Below are positions 8,975 through 19,020 of a stretch of 64,000 nt of DNA, one piece after another. Source of the DNA: Terriglobales bacterium. Lineage in GTDB: Bacteria; Acidobacteriota; Terriglobia; Terriglobales; Acidobacteriaceae. The DNA is taken from positions 1,223-65,222 of the forward strand of contig DATAPL010000054.1 of NCBI GenBank assembly GCA_036265205.1. Reading direction: 5' to 3'. A model generated the notes under the pieces. It searched no databases. It was not told the DNA's origin and worked only from the letters and a program-made list of their open reading frames with translations. Numbering within the stretch: the stretch's first letter is position 1; every line of letters begins with the position of its first letter. The translations under genes were made by a program, and so were the position numbers.

Positions 8975-10549
8975 CTATTGCTCGGATGCGGCATGCAGTG
9001 CTGCCTGGCTCTCTTCGAGTGTCGCCCCCAGGGTCTGGGGGACACTGCGCCGCTTTCTCCAGGCGCGCCACTGAACCGTGATTTCCTCGCGGAATATCAG
9101 CGCCAGGGTCAGCGGAACCAGAGGCAGCAGAACCCCGATTTGCAGGAAGAAAATCAACAGATTGCGGGGATGCCAGTAATGTTCGGAGAAGGCGCAGGCC
9201 AGCGCAAAAGGAATCGCGCCCAGCCCGGTTCGAATCCAGGTTTGCCAGAGATAAGTCCGCACCGGGATCGCCACCAGCTTCGAGACATAAGCCGGCCACA
9301 AAACCACTTCGCAGAATACGCTGGGGATCGCCGAACCCCAGGCCACGCCGTAAATCCCGATCCGGCGAACCAGAATGATGCTCAGGACAAGGTTGGCAAT
9401 GGCTTCGCCGATGCCCCAGAAAGCAATGCGCTTGTGTTTCCCCATGCCGAACACGATGCCCACGCTGGTGGTGTTGGCCGAAGCAAACAGCACCGAGAGC
9501 AGAAGGATCTGCATGACGGTTCCAGAGGTTTCAGCATACTGCGGCCCCATCCATAAATTGATGAAGGTATGGCCGCGAAAGAACAGGGCCGCTTCGATAG
9601 GCAACGCGATCACCAGCGCTGCCCTGGTGCCGTGGATCACCAGACGGCGCAGGTTGTCGAAGTTGCCGACCGCGTCGAAGTTGCTGGCCAGCGGCGTGAA
9701 GGTCGCGGTCATCGAGGTGATGATCACCCGCGCATACGAGATCAACATTCCGCCGATCGCGTACATCGTGACCGCGGCGGGAGACAGAAAGGCGCCCACT
9801 ACCAGGTTGTCCGAATAGTAGGCCACCTGCACCGCGATGTTGATCAGGAAGGCATAGAAGCTGTAGTTCCAAAGCTTGCTCAACGTGGGACGGTCGGGAC
9901 GCCCGAAAGCCAGCTTGAGCTGGGGGAAAACCCGGATGCAAAGAAATATGGTCGCGCCGTTCGCCACCAGAGAGGTGCACAGTTCCCAGAATGCCAGGGC
10001 CCGAATGCCGTGGCCGGAGCGCAGCAACAGCACGATGCCTCCCGCCCGGAAACAGGTTTGCAGGATGGAAACGGCGCTGCTCAGATCGAAACGATGAAGC
10101 GCTACCAGGACGCTGCCGAAAACTCCCGACCACAGCGTGATGGCGACGCTGACGCAAGTCAGAAGGATGGCGATTCTGGCATCGTTCTGGAGTTCCGGCG
10201 GGATGACAAATATGCGATGGAAGACAACCGACAGAGTGAACCCCGCGACCACGATTGCCAGACTGATCCACAGCCTGATCCATAACGCCGCCGAGACCGC
10301 CCGGCTTGCATCTTCGTTGTTTCCCTCGGCGGTTCCTTTCGAAACAAACCGGGTTACCGCTCCCCGCAAGCCCAGATCCAGCAGGTTCATGTAGGAGACG
10401 AAGGAGAGCGTAATCACCCACACGCCGTAGGTCAGGTTTCCCAGGTGGTGCACCACGAACGGCGATATGAAAAAGCCGACGCCGGTCGAAACCGCCAGGG
10501 AAAACCAGTTGGAAAATATGTTCTGAACTATGCGGCGAGCGCGAGGCAT
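8975..10549 (-). CDS. wzx: Oligosaccharide/polysaccharide flippase (Wzx, MOP superfamily)
   Basis: 524 aa and polytopic. The N-terminus ...NIFSNWFSLAVSTGVGFFISPFVVHHLGNLTYGVWVI... is typical of Wzx-like polysaccharide biosynthesis proteins. Confidence 0.8.
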   Translation of the reverse strand: MPRARRIVQNIFSNWFSLAVSTGVGFFISPFVVHHLGNLTYGVWVITLSFVSYMNLLDLGLRGAVTRFVSKGTAEGNNEDASRAVSAALWIRLWISLAIVVAGFTLSVVFHRIFVIPPELQNDARIAILLTCVSVAITLWSGVFGSVLVALHRFDLSSAVSILQTCFRAGGIVLLLRSGHGIRALAFWELCTSLVANGATIFLCIRVFPQLKLAFGRPDRPTLSKLWNYSFYAFLINIAVQVAYYSDNLVVGAFLSPAAVTMYAIGGMLISYARVIITSMTATFTPLASNFDAVGNFDNLRRLVIHGTRAALVIALPIEAALFFRGHTFINLWMGPQYAETSGTVMQILLLSVLFASANTTSVGIVFGMGKHKRIAFWGIGEAIANLVLSIILVRRIGIYGVAWGSAIPSVFCEVVLWPAYVSKLVAIPVRTYLWQTWIRTGLGAIPFALACAFSEHYWHPRNLLIFFLQIGVLLPLVPLTLALIFREEITVQWRAWRKRRSVPQTLGATLEESQAALHAASEQ

Positions 10550-10576
10550 GAAAAGCAGGTCTCCAATTGCTGCAGA

Positions 10577-11926
10577 TTAACGGACCGGACCGCCCGACTG
10601 ACCGGCGGGCGTCATTACTACATTCTTGTCCTCAATCGTCTGGGGAGACGCACCACTGACCAGGTTCAGCACTTCCGAAAACTGGCGAGCCATGTGGAAA
10701 TGAGTGTAGCGTTCAATGGCCGCCTTGATGCCATGGTAAGAAACTCGGCCCCGGGTTTTGAATTCCTGATAGCTGTCCTTCAGGAACGTGCGCACGTCAT
10801 CCCGGGAGAAGGCGTGAATTCCAGCGCCGGTTTCGTTCAGGGTCTCGGTGAGCACGCTGGGCCCGCCGCCCACCGCCAGAATCGGCCGGCCGGCGCCGAG
10901 ATATTCGAACAATTTGCCGCTGTGCTGGCCGGTTTCACGAGGATCGGTCCAACCCAGCATAAGCAGTATCTGTGATTCCGCCTGGCGCTGCAGAGCTTCA
11001 GCCCGGGCAATCAGTCCAGGAAGCTGTACCACGCCGCCCAGCCCGTATTGTTGCACTTGCGCCTCTACCCAGGGTTCGACCTTGCCGTAGAATCGCACCT
11101 CGACGTCCTCGGGAGATATCAGCTTCTGGTCAAAGAGTTCACGCAGCGCCTCGAACAGCATCGCCGGGTCGCGGCGTCCCTGGTAAAGCAGGCCGGCGTA
11201 GGTGATGGTGAATTTTGAGGTCAGCTCTCCTGACAGGGATGCGAACTGGTCAGGATCGAAGCCGTTCGTAATGGCAAAAATTCGCTTCGATGGATAGCTG
11301 CGCTGCAGCCGCTCCGCCCAGGGTTGCGAAACCGTCACCAGGGCGTCGGCATCCTTGAGCGTGCGCCTTTCCAGTCCAGTCTGCATGGCTTCGAGCCTGG
11401 GGTGCGGGTTGGACATGTTCTGGGTCCATAGATCACGAAAATCGGCCACCCAGGGACAACCCAGAATCTTCCTGGCCTTACGCCCAATGAGGTGGCTCGA
11501 AATCGGCGGCGACGTGGTCAAAATGGCGTCAAACTTCAAACCCTGATCAGCCATCTTCTCCAGCGCCCGCAAAGCAAATGGAACCCAGCCTTTGGCTTCG
11601 TCAGGATAGGTAATAAAGTAGCGGGCCATTTCGAGCGCGCGGGTGTGCCACAGCTCGGAGCGTGGCTTGGAGGATACGGCAAGCCCGAGCTGTTGATGCA
11701 CGCTGCGTTTGCCGTCCATCCCCAGCCGCTTTTTCCAGGTCGCAACTACATCCCGGTATTCGGTTTCGACGATCGACGGATCGGCCGGGGAACGTTGGAC
11801 TTGAGGGGTAAGGACGATCGAATCCCAGCCGAACCGGGACAGGTATTTCACCAGGCCGGCCGGCCGCACCGACCCAATCACTTGCGTCGGAGGGTAGCAA
11901 AACGTAATTAGCAGGACACGAGGCAT
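10577..11926 (-). CDS. Glycosyltransferase, GT-B fold (GT4-like)
   Basis: MPRVLLITFCYPP... N-terminus and a C-terminal ...GKLFEYLGAGRPILAV... (EX7E region). 449 aa. Confidence 0.75.
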   Translation of the reverse strand: MPRVLLITFCYPPTQVIGSVRPAGLVKYLSRFGWDSIVLTPQVQRSPADPSIVETEYRDVVATWKKRLGMDGKRSVHQQLGLAVSSKPRSELWHTRALEMARYFITYPDEAKGWVPFALRALEKMADQGLKFDAILTTSPPISSHLIGRKARKILGCPWVADFRDLWTQNMSNPHPRLEAMQTGLERRTLKDADALVTVSQPWAERLQRSYPSKRIFAITNGFDPDQFASLSGELTSKFTITYAGLLYQGRRDPAMLFEALRELFDQKLISPEDVEVRFYGKVEPWVEAQVQQYGLGGVVQLPGLIARAEALQRQAESQILLMLGWTDPRETGQHSGKLFEYLGAGRPILAVGGGPSVLTETLNETGAGIHAFSRDDVRTFLKDSYQEFKTRGRVSYHGIKAAIERYTHFHMARQFSEVLNLVSGASPQTIEDKNVVMTPAGQSGGPVR

Positions 11927-11975
11927 TTTTGGATTTGAAAACCAAAATCGGCGCCCACGGAAGCGCGGCGCGGAA

Positions 11976-13760
11976 TCAGGAGTTCACAGGTTGTGGTTCG
12001 GCCGGTTGCCTTACTCCGTTCGTCTGGGAATTTTCCGTCAGCTCGTCGCGCAAAGTCTGCCGGCTTTCGCCGCTGACGAGCAATCGCTTCAGCAAGGCGT
12101 AGTTCAACAACGACCACAGCGTCATGGCCTTTCGCGGATCGGCGCCCTGCAGGGAGCGCAACTGCTTGACATCGACGACTTTGGCGGCCAGCGCAATCAA
12201 CGGCTCCAGGGTGCCGCCGGGCTCCGCCCAGCGGTTGGAAACGATACCAAAACTCTGCTTGGGACGATTGCGGATGAAATCCGGAACCCCCAATTTTTGC
12301 GCGACCTGGCGAAGAATGTGCTTGGGAGATTTCAATTTCGTCTCCCACGAAGTAGAGAAGGCCGCATCCAGCAATTCTCTTCTCACGAAGGGATAGTAGG
12401 CCGTCTTGCCCTGGCCTTCGGCCAGCTTCGACCAGATGGAAGTGGTGCCCACCACCTCCGAATAGTTCAGCAGGTATAACGACAACACATCCTCAAAGCG
12501 CTGCTTTTCGAAGGCATGCAGGGAACGATGACGGATGGCGACAATCTCTTCGCGGGACGCTCCATAATTGGACTCGACCCAGGCGAAATCTCCATACGCG
12601 CCGCAATCCCACATGGGGTTTAGGGGATGGGCAATTGGCAGGCGCGAGTTCTTCATTCTGGCGATGCGTTGGGTCCGCGCCTGCACCCTCTTCCACTTGC
12701 GCCCCAGCATTTTCAAACCGCCATACACCGGCCCGAAGGAGGAAATTCGCTGCGGCAGCTCGAGCGCGCGGCGCACCATGAAATGGTCATCGATACCAAA
12801 GGCGCAGTCGGCCGCTTCTCCGATGATGACCTTGTTGAAATTCTTCGGAATGGCGTGCCGGAAAAGCAGGTGCAGCAAAGTAGATTGCAGGTGATGCAGC
12901 GGGGCTTCGGCATCGGCCACGGCATCGACCACGCCGGCCACGAAATCGGAGCCATGCGGGGTAAACAGAGTGTGCCGGGTGGAGAGAGCGGCCGCAGCGG
13001 AAAGCGCATACTTTTGTTCGAAGTTGACTTCCGGTTCGTCAAACGGATACGAGCTTGAAAACGTGTCATGCGCCCCAATCTGGTCGCGCGCAACCGCGCT
13101 GAGCAGGGATGAATCGAGACCGCCGCTGAGCAGGGTTGTAACCTGCGACGAAACCGGCTTGAGGGCGCGCACCGAATCGATCAAAACCCCGGCCACAGTG
13201 TCGACCGCCTGCGCCTCGCTCAGCCGCGGATCGGGAGGAGGCTGCCGGTAGCCGCTGTCTTCGCCGCTCAGCGTCCAGCGCCCGCTCTTCCAGCGGATGT
13301 CCAGTTCGCCCGCGATCTTCATCCGCCGGATACCCCGGTAGAAAGAGCGCGGAGGAGCCACGGTCCGGTAGATCAGCAACTCGGGCAGGGACTGCGGATC
13401 TTCTTCGATCGTGACCCCCGCCTGGCGCAACAAGGCTATATGGGTTGAAACGAAAAAGTTACCGTGCGCATCCTGAGTGTAATAAACCGGCCGTCCGGCG
13501 GAAGTGGACTTGGAAATTCGCAGCCAGCGGTCCTGCAGCAGGAAGCGCGCGGAAAAAAAGATGACATCGTTCCTGCGATCTTCGCAGGAAGCCAGCAGCG
13601 ACTCCGTAGCTGTAATTTCGTTCTCTGCCACTTCCAGCCGCGACATAAAACCGTCGGTGATCCAGGTCAGGAAGCAATCCGGAGCGATGGAAAACTGCCG
13701 CGGGGAATAGGCTTGCAGACGATCGGCGATATGGGACTGGGTGAGGGCTACGAATAACAT
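11976..13760 (-). CDS. Asparagine synthetase (AsnB)-like amidotransferase homolog lacking the N-terminal Cys nucleophile
   Basis: PP-loop LLSGGLDSSLLSAVA. 594 aa. The N-terminus is MLFVALTQ..., not MCG.... Confidence 0.75.
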   Translation of the reverse strand: MLFVALTQSHIADRLQAYSPRQFSIAPDCFLTWITDGFMSRLEVAENEITATESLLASCEDRRNDVIFFSARFLLQDRWLRISKSTSAGRPVYYTQDAHGNFFVSTHIALLRQAGVTIEEDPQSLPELLIYRTVAPPRSFYRGIRRMKIAGELDIRWKSGRWTLSGEDSGYRQPPPDPRLSEAQAVDTVAGVLIDSVRALKPVSSQVTTLLSGGLDSSLLSAVARDQIGAHDTFSSSYPFDEPEVNFEQKYALSAAAALSTRHTLFTPHGSDFVAGVVDAVADAEAPLHHLQSTLLHLLFRHAIPKNFNKVIIGEAADCAFGIDDHFMVRRALELPQRISSFGPVYGGLKMLGRKWKRVQARTQRIARMKNSRLPIAHPLNPMWDCGAYGDFAWVESNYGASREEIVAIRHRSLHAFEKQRFEDVLSLYLLNYSEVVGTTSIWSKLAEGQGKTAYYPFVRRELLDAAFSTSWETKLKSPKHILRQVAQKLGVPDFIRNRPKQSFGIVSNRWAEPGGTLEPLIALAAKVVDVKQLRSLQGADPRKAMTLWSLLNYALLKRLLVSGESRQTLRDELTENSQTNGVRQPAEPQPVNS

Positions 13761-13941
13761 GGCTTGCCAACTGACTGCACGAACCTGGAAGTTTGCAGCT
13801 CGGCGCGAAAGTCAGTCACGGCCCGGCCACCAACGATCCAATCTGCTACCACTAAAATCGAAGCTTGAGGAAACTCCCTGCTGAGAGATTTGCCGGCGCC
13901 CGACGGCACCGCTCGTCGAAATCATCCCAGGCCTGAGGCCC

Positions 13942-14550
13942 TCATCGCGGCCTCGCAGGCACTCCAATCACGGTCGTGTGGGGAGCGACATCCCGGGTAA
14001 CCACCGCACCAGCCCCTATCATCGCGTGATCCCCGACGCGCAGGTATTCCAGAACTCGGGCCCCGGTTCCGACTAGTACACCCTCTCCCAGGCAAACCCC
14101 GCCGCTGATGTTGGCGCCGGGATTGATCAGGCAGCCCTCGCCGACCTGGGTTTCATGCCCGATGGCACAGCCAAAGTTACATTGCGCAAAAGCTGCGATC
14201 TGCACATTTTCGGTGAGAATGGCACCCACACCCACGATGGCGCCGGGCGCCAGTTTTGAAGTCCGTCCGACGTAGGCTGTGGGATGCACCAGGGCCGGCC
14301 ACTCGATCTGGGGATACTGTGTTTTCAGCCGCCGGCCAACCGCAAGCTTGGACTGGGGATTGCCGATGCCCATGGCCAAACAATCGATGGCGTGGCTTTG
14401 CAGCCAATCGAATCCACCCAGCAGCGGACTATCATGGGCGCCCGCCCGGTCGGCGAGAAATCCGACAAACTCGTATTGGCCGAGATCGCGGATCAGGCCT
14501 GCCACTTCCCTGCCATTCCCGCCGGCTCCGACGACTGCGATGGTCTTCAT
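13942..14550 (-). CDS. NeuD/PglD-family sugar N-acetyltransferase (left-handed beta-helix)
   Basis: MKTIAVVGAGGNGREVAGLI Rossmann-like N-domain followed by hexapeptide repeats. 202 aa. Confidence 0.8.
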   Translation of the reverse strand: MKTIAVVGAGGNGREVAGLIRDLGQYEFVGFLADRAGAHDSPLLGGFDWLQSHAIDCLAMGIGNPQSKLAVGRRLKTQYPQIEWPALVHPTAYVGRTSKLAPGAIVGVGAILTENVQIAAFAQCNFGCAIGHETQVGEGCLINPGANISGGVCLGEGVLVGTGARVLEYLRVGDHAMIGAGAVVTRDVAPHTTVIGVPARPR

Positions 14551-14649
14551 GCAGATGGTAAATCCGTCCTGGCCGCAATCGGAGTCGACGCGGAATTTCC
14601 GGAGACGTTCTCCGGCGGCGCAGGGAAAACGGCCCGCAAACGCGCCATT

Positions 14650-14820
14650 TCAGGATGGCTCGGTGACGGCCTCATCGACCAACAGGATGGGAATGCCGTC
14701 CCGAACCGGGTACACGCGATGGCACTTACCGCACTTCAAGGCTTGGCTTTCCTCTTTTAGGGCAAGCGGCTGCTTGCAGACCGGACAAACCAGGATGTCG
14801 AGCAGATCTTGAGAAATCAT
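14650..14820 (-). CDS. Trm112/YcaR-like small zinc-ribbon protein (56 aa)
   Basis: Below the ORF-track size cut-off. Hand translation: MISQDLLDILVCPVCKQPLALKEESQALKCGKCHRVYPVRDGIPILLVDEAVTEPS. This has the CPxC...CxxC...YPxxDGIPxLL signature of the Trm112p-like family. Confidence 0.75.
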   Translation of the reverse strand: MISQDLLDILVCPVCKQPLALKEESQALKCGKCHRVYPVRDGIPILLVDEAVTEPS

Positions 14821-15158
14821 GAGATTTGGACTCTAACTCTTGCTGCCAGCGGGGCGAAACTGAAATGCAGCCCGGAGGCGGAAGCATCATTGCGACGGCA
14901 AAGCCGGTCGAAACTTAGGGTGACTCGCCGTATTCTGGAGCTTACCATGGGCCGGTATCGGAAGGCGGAGGCAAGCGCCGAAACATCCGTCAGACGGGCG
15001 TGTCCTTCTGGCATCTATCCGCGATTCCCAGGGTTTTGGCAAACTCATATTGAGAGGTTTGCCCGCGCCGGATGAGTGGATCCTCCGCTCTGCCCGGTGT
15101 CACAATCCTCGAAATCCCCCGCCGTGCAGATCAAGTACGGCATTAACGAGGTCGGCCT

Positions 15159-16430
15159 GTGAGAGTCTTCAGTCCCCGTTGGATCCAGCTTGGTATTCTT
15201 TGCTTCAGCCTTCTAGGTTTTTCAGCCGCAGCTTCTGCCAATGACTTTTATGTTTCGGCTTCTGGCAGCGATTCCAACGACGGTTCCCAGGCTCGTCCCT
15301 GGAAGACGATTTCTCATGCTCTCGGTTCGTTCAGTTTGGGCTCGGGCGGCACCACCATTCACGTGGGCAACGGAAGTTATGCCAGTCTCGACATTACCCG
15401 GGGCGGATCGTCCGGTGCGCGCCTGGTTCTGCAATGTGACAATGGAACTGATTCGGCAACCGCAGCCAGTAACCAGTGCACGATCAGCAGCGGCGGCGCC
15501 GGCATTCTGGTAGAAGCCAACAACATCGACATCGTCGGTTTCGATATCGGGAACAATGCCAACATGGGCACCGGAATCGACGTCGTGGCCAACGGCGGAT
15601 CAAGCGGTAACAGCGTCCACCTGATCGGCAATTACATTCACGACCTGGGCGGAAACGTCTCGCCGTCCGCGGGCGACGCCGGCGGTCCGGGATGCCCGGA
15701 GAGCGGCGCGATTCTTTACCAGAGCGGTCCTACCGATGCGCAAGCCATTCGCAATTTCGTGACCCGCTACGGCAATGTCGCCAACCGCGGCAACTGCAAC
15801 TTTGCCCAGGGGATTTATTTCAGCGGCAGTCCGGGGGCGATTGCGCAAGATAACATTGTGGTGCAGCCGGTCGTGGGCGGAATCGTTTTCGGAGCATCCT
15901 GCGGAGTCACGGTGGCGAACAACACGGTGCTCAACACTGTGGATGCGATCATCTTCGGCGACCATGACAACTTCCGCTGCCCCGGCAGCGCCAGTGGACA
16001 AAACACGGTTACCAACAACTACCTGGCCGCGTACACCAATGCGGTCTTCAACGTGAGTTCAACTCCTGATTGCACCAGCTCTGCTCCTACTTTATTCAGC
16101 CACAATATCTCGGATGGCGCGGGAACCGATTTCAAGCCGGCCCGCTCGTCCTGCGATACCGTAAGCACCTGGAGCCACCAGGCTCCGACAGCGTTTCTGG
16201 TGAACTACCAGGCCAACGGAACCGGCGACTATCACCTTAAGAGCGGCAGCATGGGAATCGCTGCAGGCGCTATCGCTTGCGTGTCTGGCGGCGTTTCGCC
16301 CTGCACTCCGACTTCGGATTTCGAAGGAACTGCGCGAGTGGTTCCCATCTCGGTTGGAGCGTTCGAGGTAGTTCAATCGGCCAGCGGCCTTCCCAGCCCG
16401 CCCAGCGGGCTGGCAGCCGTGGTTCAGTAA
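15159..16430 (+). CDS. Secreted right-handed parallel beta-helix protein (pectate-lyase-fold; candidate polysaccharide lyase, depolymerase or epimerase)
   Basis: Signal peptide MRVFSPRWIQLGILCFSLLGFSAAASA, then DFYVSASGSDSNDGSQARPWKTISHAL, then PbH1-like repeats (NNIDIVGFDIGNN..., GNYIHDLGG...). GTG start. Confidence 0.7.
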   Translation: MRVFSPRWIQLGILCFSLLGFSAAASANDFYVSASGSDSNDGSQARPWKTISHALGSFSLGSGGTTIHVGNGSYASLDITRGGSSGARLVLQCDNGTDSATAASNQCTISSGGAGILVEANNIDIVGFDIGNNANMGTGIDVVANGGSSGNSVHLIGNYIHDLGGNVSPSAGDAGGPGCPESGAILYQSGPTDAQAIRNFVTRYGNVANRGNCNFAQGIYFSGSPGAIAQDNIVVQPVVGGIVFGASCGVTVANNTVLNTVDAIIFGDHDNFRCPGSASGQNTVTNNYLAAYTNAVFNVSSTPDCTSSAPTLFSHNISDGAGTDFKPARSSCDTVSTWSHQAPTAFLVNYQANGTGDYHLKSGSMGIAAGAIACVSGGVSPCTPTSDFEGTARVVPISVGAFEVVQSASGLPSPPSGLAAVVQ

Positions 16431-16502
16431 CCACGACGACATACAGGCTCGAAGCACGGATCGCGTAAGGCTCGATCAAGTAAACAAAACGGAAAGTAGT
16501 TA

Positions 16503-16548
16503 AAAACGGCGAATCGAATGCGCCCAGCGCAGATCGGTTCGCCGTTTT
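16503..16548. terminator. Bidirectional intrinsic terminator between convergent genes
   Basis: Perfect 11-bp arms AAAACGGCGAA (16503-16513) and TTCGCCGTTTT (16538-16548), extendable by about 4 bp. The A-run and T-run provide U-tracts on both strands. Confidence 0.8.
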
Positions 16549-16605
16549 GCCGTCTGCCATCCTATCGTCTGCCAGGCCGGCCCCAGTGAACCGCCGGCCG
16601 TGCCC

Positions 16606-17391
16606 TTATTCTGTCTTCTGGATTCTGATGGCCGCGTACGCGCCTACCCACAGCATGGCGTGGGGAAACTTTCGCTCCAGGAAGGAGAACATCCGCAGAG
16701 CAGGATCGAGTAGACCGAGTTTGCGGAGCACATGACTCTCTACCCGCGAGAGAGTACGCAGGCAAGTGATATCGACCGAGGGAAAGCCGCGGCTCAGCCG
16801 AAATGGACTTTGCGAATAGAAGTCTGGAGGAGGCAAGGACTCGCTCCCTGCGGGACGACGCTTGGGGAGAACTTTTAATACCGCTTTGGCCACTCTGTGG
16901 GCAACCGAGATTACGCTGTTTTTCGCAACGTAGAACACGATCACCATCTTGTTCTTTCGCGCCACTCGATAGAATTCCTTGACTGCCGAGACCTGGGCAT
17001 CATTTTCCAGCTGGTAGAGACAGTAGGAGGCGATCACGCCGTCGAACACCTGTTCCTTGAAGGGAAGGGCCGACAGGTCGGCCACAACGTAGTACCCCTG
17101 ATCTCCAACTTTCCGCCGGGCTTCGGTCAAGCCGGTGAAAGAGAGATCCACACAAACGTGGCGTTGAAACTTGTGCCCGATCTGGGTGATGGGCTTGGCA
17201 CCGCAGCCGGCGTCGAGAAAAAGCTTCCCGCCATCGTCAAAGTAGCTCCAGTAGCGGGCCTCACAGCCCTTCTCGTCTTTGAAAGTCGCTTCGGGAGGGC
17301 CGTAGCGCTTGTCGTTCAGATACTGACCGCAGCCCGTTTCGCTTTTCCAGCCGTACGTGTCATAAAACTTCCGGACATTTTTACCAGCCAT
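16606..17391 (-). CDS. Class I SAM-dependent methyltransferase
   Basis: Motif I FLDAGCGAKP. The ATG at 17391 (MAGKNVRKFYDTYGW) follows GGAGAAAAC. The track ORF extends to 17436. Confidence 0.8.
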   Translation of the reverse strand: MAGKNVRKFYDTYGWKSETGCGQYLNDKRYGPPEATFKDEKGCEARYWSYFDDGGKLFLDAGCGAKPITQIGHKFQRHVCVDLSFTGLTEARRKVGDQGYYVVADLSALPFKEQVFDGVIASYCLYQLENDAQVSAVKEFYRVARKNKMVIVFYVAKNSVISVAHRVAKAVLKVLPKRRPAGSESLPPPDFYSQSPFRLSRGFPSVDITCLRTLSRVESHVLRKLGLLDPALRMFSFLERKFPHAMLWVGAYAAIRIQKTE

Positions 17392-17673
17392 GTTTTCTCC
17401 GAGTCTAATTTCCGCAGAATGATGCAGCCATTGCAAAATCCAAAGTCAGCGAATTCGTCAGTTACGCAAAACCGGCTAGGCCGTTGAGAGACCGCAATCG
17501 GCACAGCCCGAGCCTGCGACGCTCCTGAGAACGTCATGCGCGAAGGCCAATCGCGATGCCAAATGCTTTGGGGAGGAACCGGTTAGCGAGAGGAGAACAG
17601 CAGGGAAAACAACCAGCTTGGGCCCAGGACGCCTCCACAGGAATCGAGCAGGTTTCCGACAATCTGTTTTCGT

Positions 17674-18948
17674 TTACTGCGCCAGCTTGGCGACGTCTTC
17701 GCCGACCATCGATGTCTCGCAAGCATCTTCGGGCACCGCAGGCTCGCGCGCCGGGGCTTGCGCGCCGCCTGGCGTGCCGCGCAGCACATCCTCATAGCAA
17801 CCTCGAGTTTGCCGCGCGATGACCTGCCACGACATTTCCGCTTCCTGCCGGGCAGTAGGGTTAGCCAGCCGGTCGCGCTCTCTCTCGTCGACGATGAGCC
17901 TGACCAGCAGCTGCGAAAACCCGTTTACGTCTCCGTACTCGACGCAGACCGCGCCCTGATAGTCTTCCAAAGCCTCGCGGAAGCCAGGCAAGGTAGTGGC
18001 AACGATGGGCTTGCCGAAAGCGATTCCGGTCAGCAGCGCGCCACTCTGCGTGATTTCACGGTGAGGATAAACCGCGATGTCGGCGGCCTGATAATAAATC
18101 GGCAGCTCCAGCGATGTGATGTAGCGCAAATCCAGCCGGACCGAGGATTGGCCGGCAATGGCTTCCACCTTGGCTTTGACCGTGTCCATGTGGCACTGTT
18201 CGCCGCGGCCGGCGATCACCAGGCGCGCGTTCGGCTGTTGCGACTGAACCTGCGCCCAGGCGTCCAGCAAAAAGTCGATCCCTTTGTAAGGCCTGACCAG
18301 GCCTTGATAAAGAACCAGGCACTGTTCCGGAGAAAAGCCCAGTTGGCGCTTCGCCTCGGACTTGTCGAGCGGCCGATAGTCATAGAACAAAGGTCCATGC
18401 GGGATAACCCAGATATTCCGCCCGTCCAGCCCGAATTCCTCAATCAGCCGGTCTTTGGTCTCCTGGGTGTGGCAGATCAGCGCGTCCATGAGGTTGTAGA
18501 CTTCGGCAAAAATCTTGTGCAGACCTGGGTCCGAGTCGTGAGGCAGCAGGTTATGCACCGTGTACACCAGTTTCGAGCCCCGCCGCTTGGCTAACTTCAG
18601 GAACCACATTTCGAGCGGCACACCCTCGGCCACCAGCGGAATCCACTGCACATGAATGATGTCGGGCGGCTTGACCAGAAAACGCAGAGACAGGGCTGAC
18701 AGGTTGCCGCAAAATTCCAGGAAGCGAAGGCTGCGGCGAACTTTCGGACTGCCGATCTTCAGGCCGGATGCCAGGCTGCTTAGCCCCGGATCATTTTTCA
18801 GGCCGCGCCGCTGGAAGTAGTCCGGCTCAAGATGAAAAGTGGTCGAGCCTAAGACAGAGTGAACGCCCTCGGCTTGCAGCGCCTGGCACAGATACGCGTC
18901 GTAAAACGGCACCTGGCACCAGAGGTCCAGCATGTACACATTGGTCAT
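17674..18948 (-). CDS. Glycosyltransferase family 4 (GT-B)
   Basis: 424 aa. C-terminal domain ...VYPHREITQSGALLTGIAFGKPIVATTLPGFREAL... is typical of GT4. Confidence 0.8.
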   Translation of the reverse strand: MTNVYMLDLWCQVPFYDAYLCQALQAEGVHSVLGSTTFHLEPDYFQRRGLKNDPGLSSLASGLKIGSPKVRRSLRFLEFCGNLSALSLRFLVKPPDIIHVQWIPLVAEGVPLEMWFLKLAKRRGSKLVYTVHNLLPHDSDPGLHKIFAEVYNLMDALICHTQETKDRLIEEFGLDGRNIWVIPHGPLFYDYRPLDKSEAKRQLGFSPEQCLVLYQGLVRPYKGIDFLLDAWAQVQSQQPNARLVIAGRGEQCHMDTVKAKVEAIAGQSSVRLDLRYITSLELPIYYQAADIAVYPHREITQSGALLTGIAFGKPIVATTLPGFREALEDYQGAVCVEYGDVNGFSQLLVRLIVDERERDRLANPTARQEAEMSWQVIARQTRGCYEDVLRGTPGGAQAPAREPAVPEDACETSMVGEDVAKLAQ

Positions 18949-19020
18949 TTATATCGCGATCTTTAATTTGTTATTTGTTGCTGTCTCGAATTGATTGCGG
19001 CCGTCGCCGCCGAGGTTTGC

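Noticed and set aside
13761-13941. Possible missing N-terminal exon-like extension of the AsnB-like gene
   Set aside because: The in-frame upstream reading is interrupted by a TGA and shows no MCG nucleophile or HRGPD-type glutaminase motifs. I treat it as non-coding.
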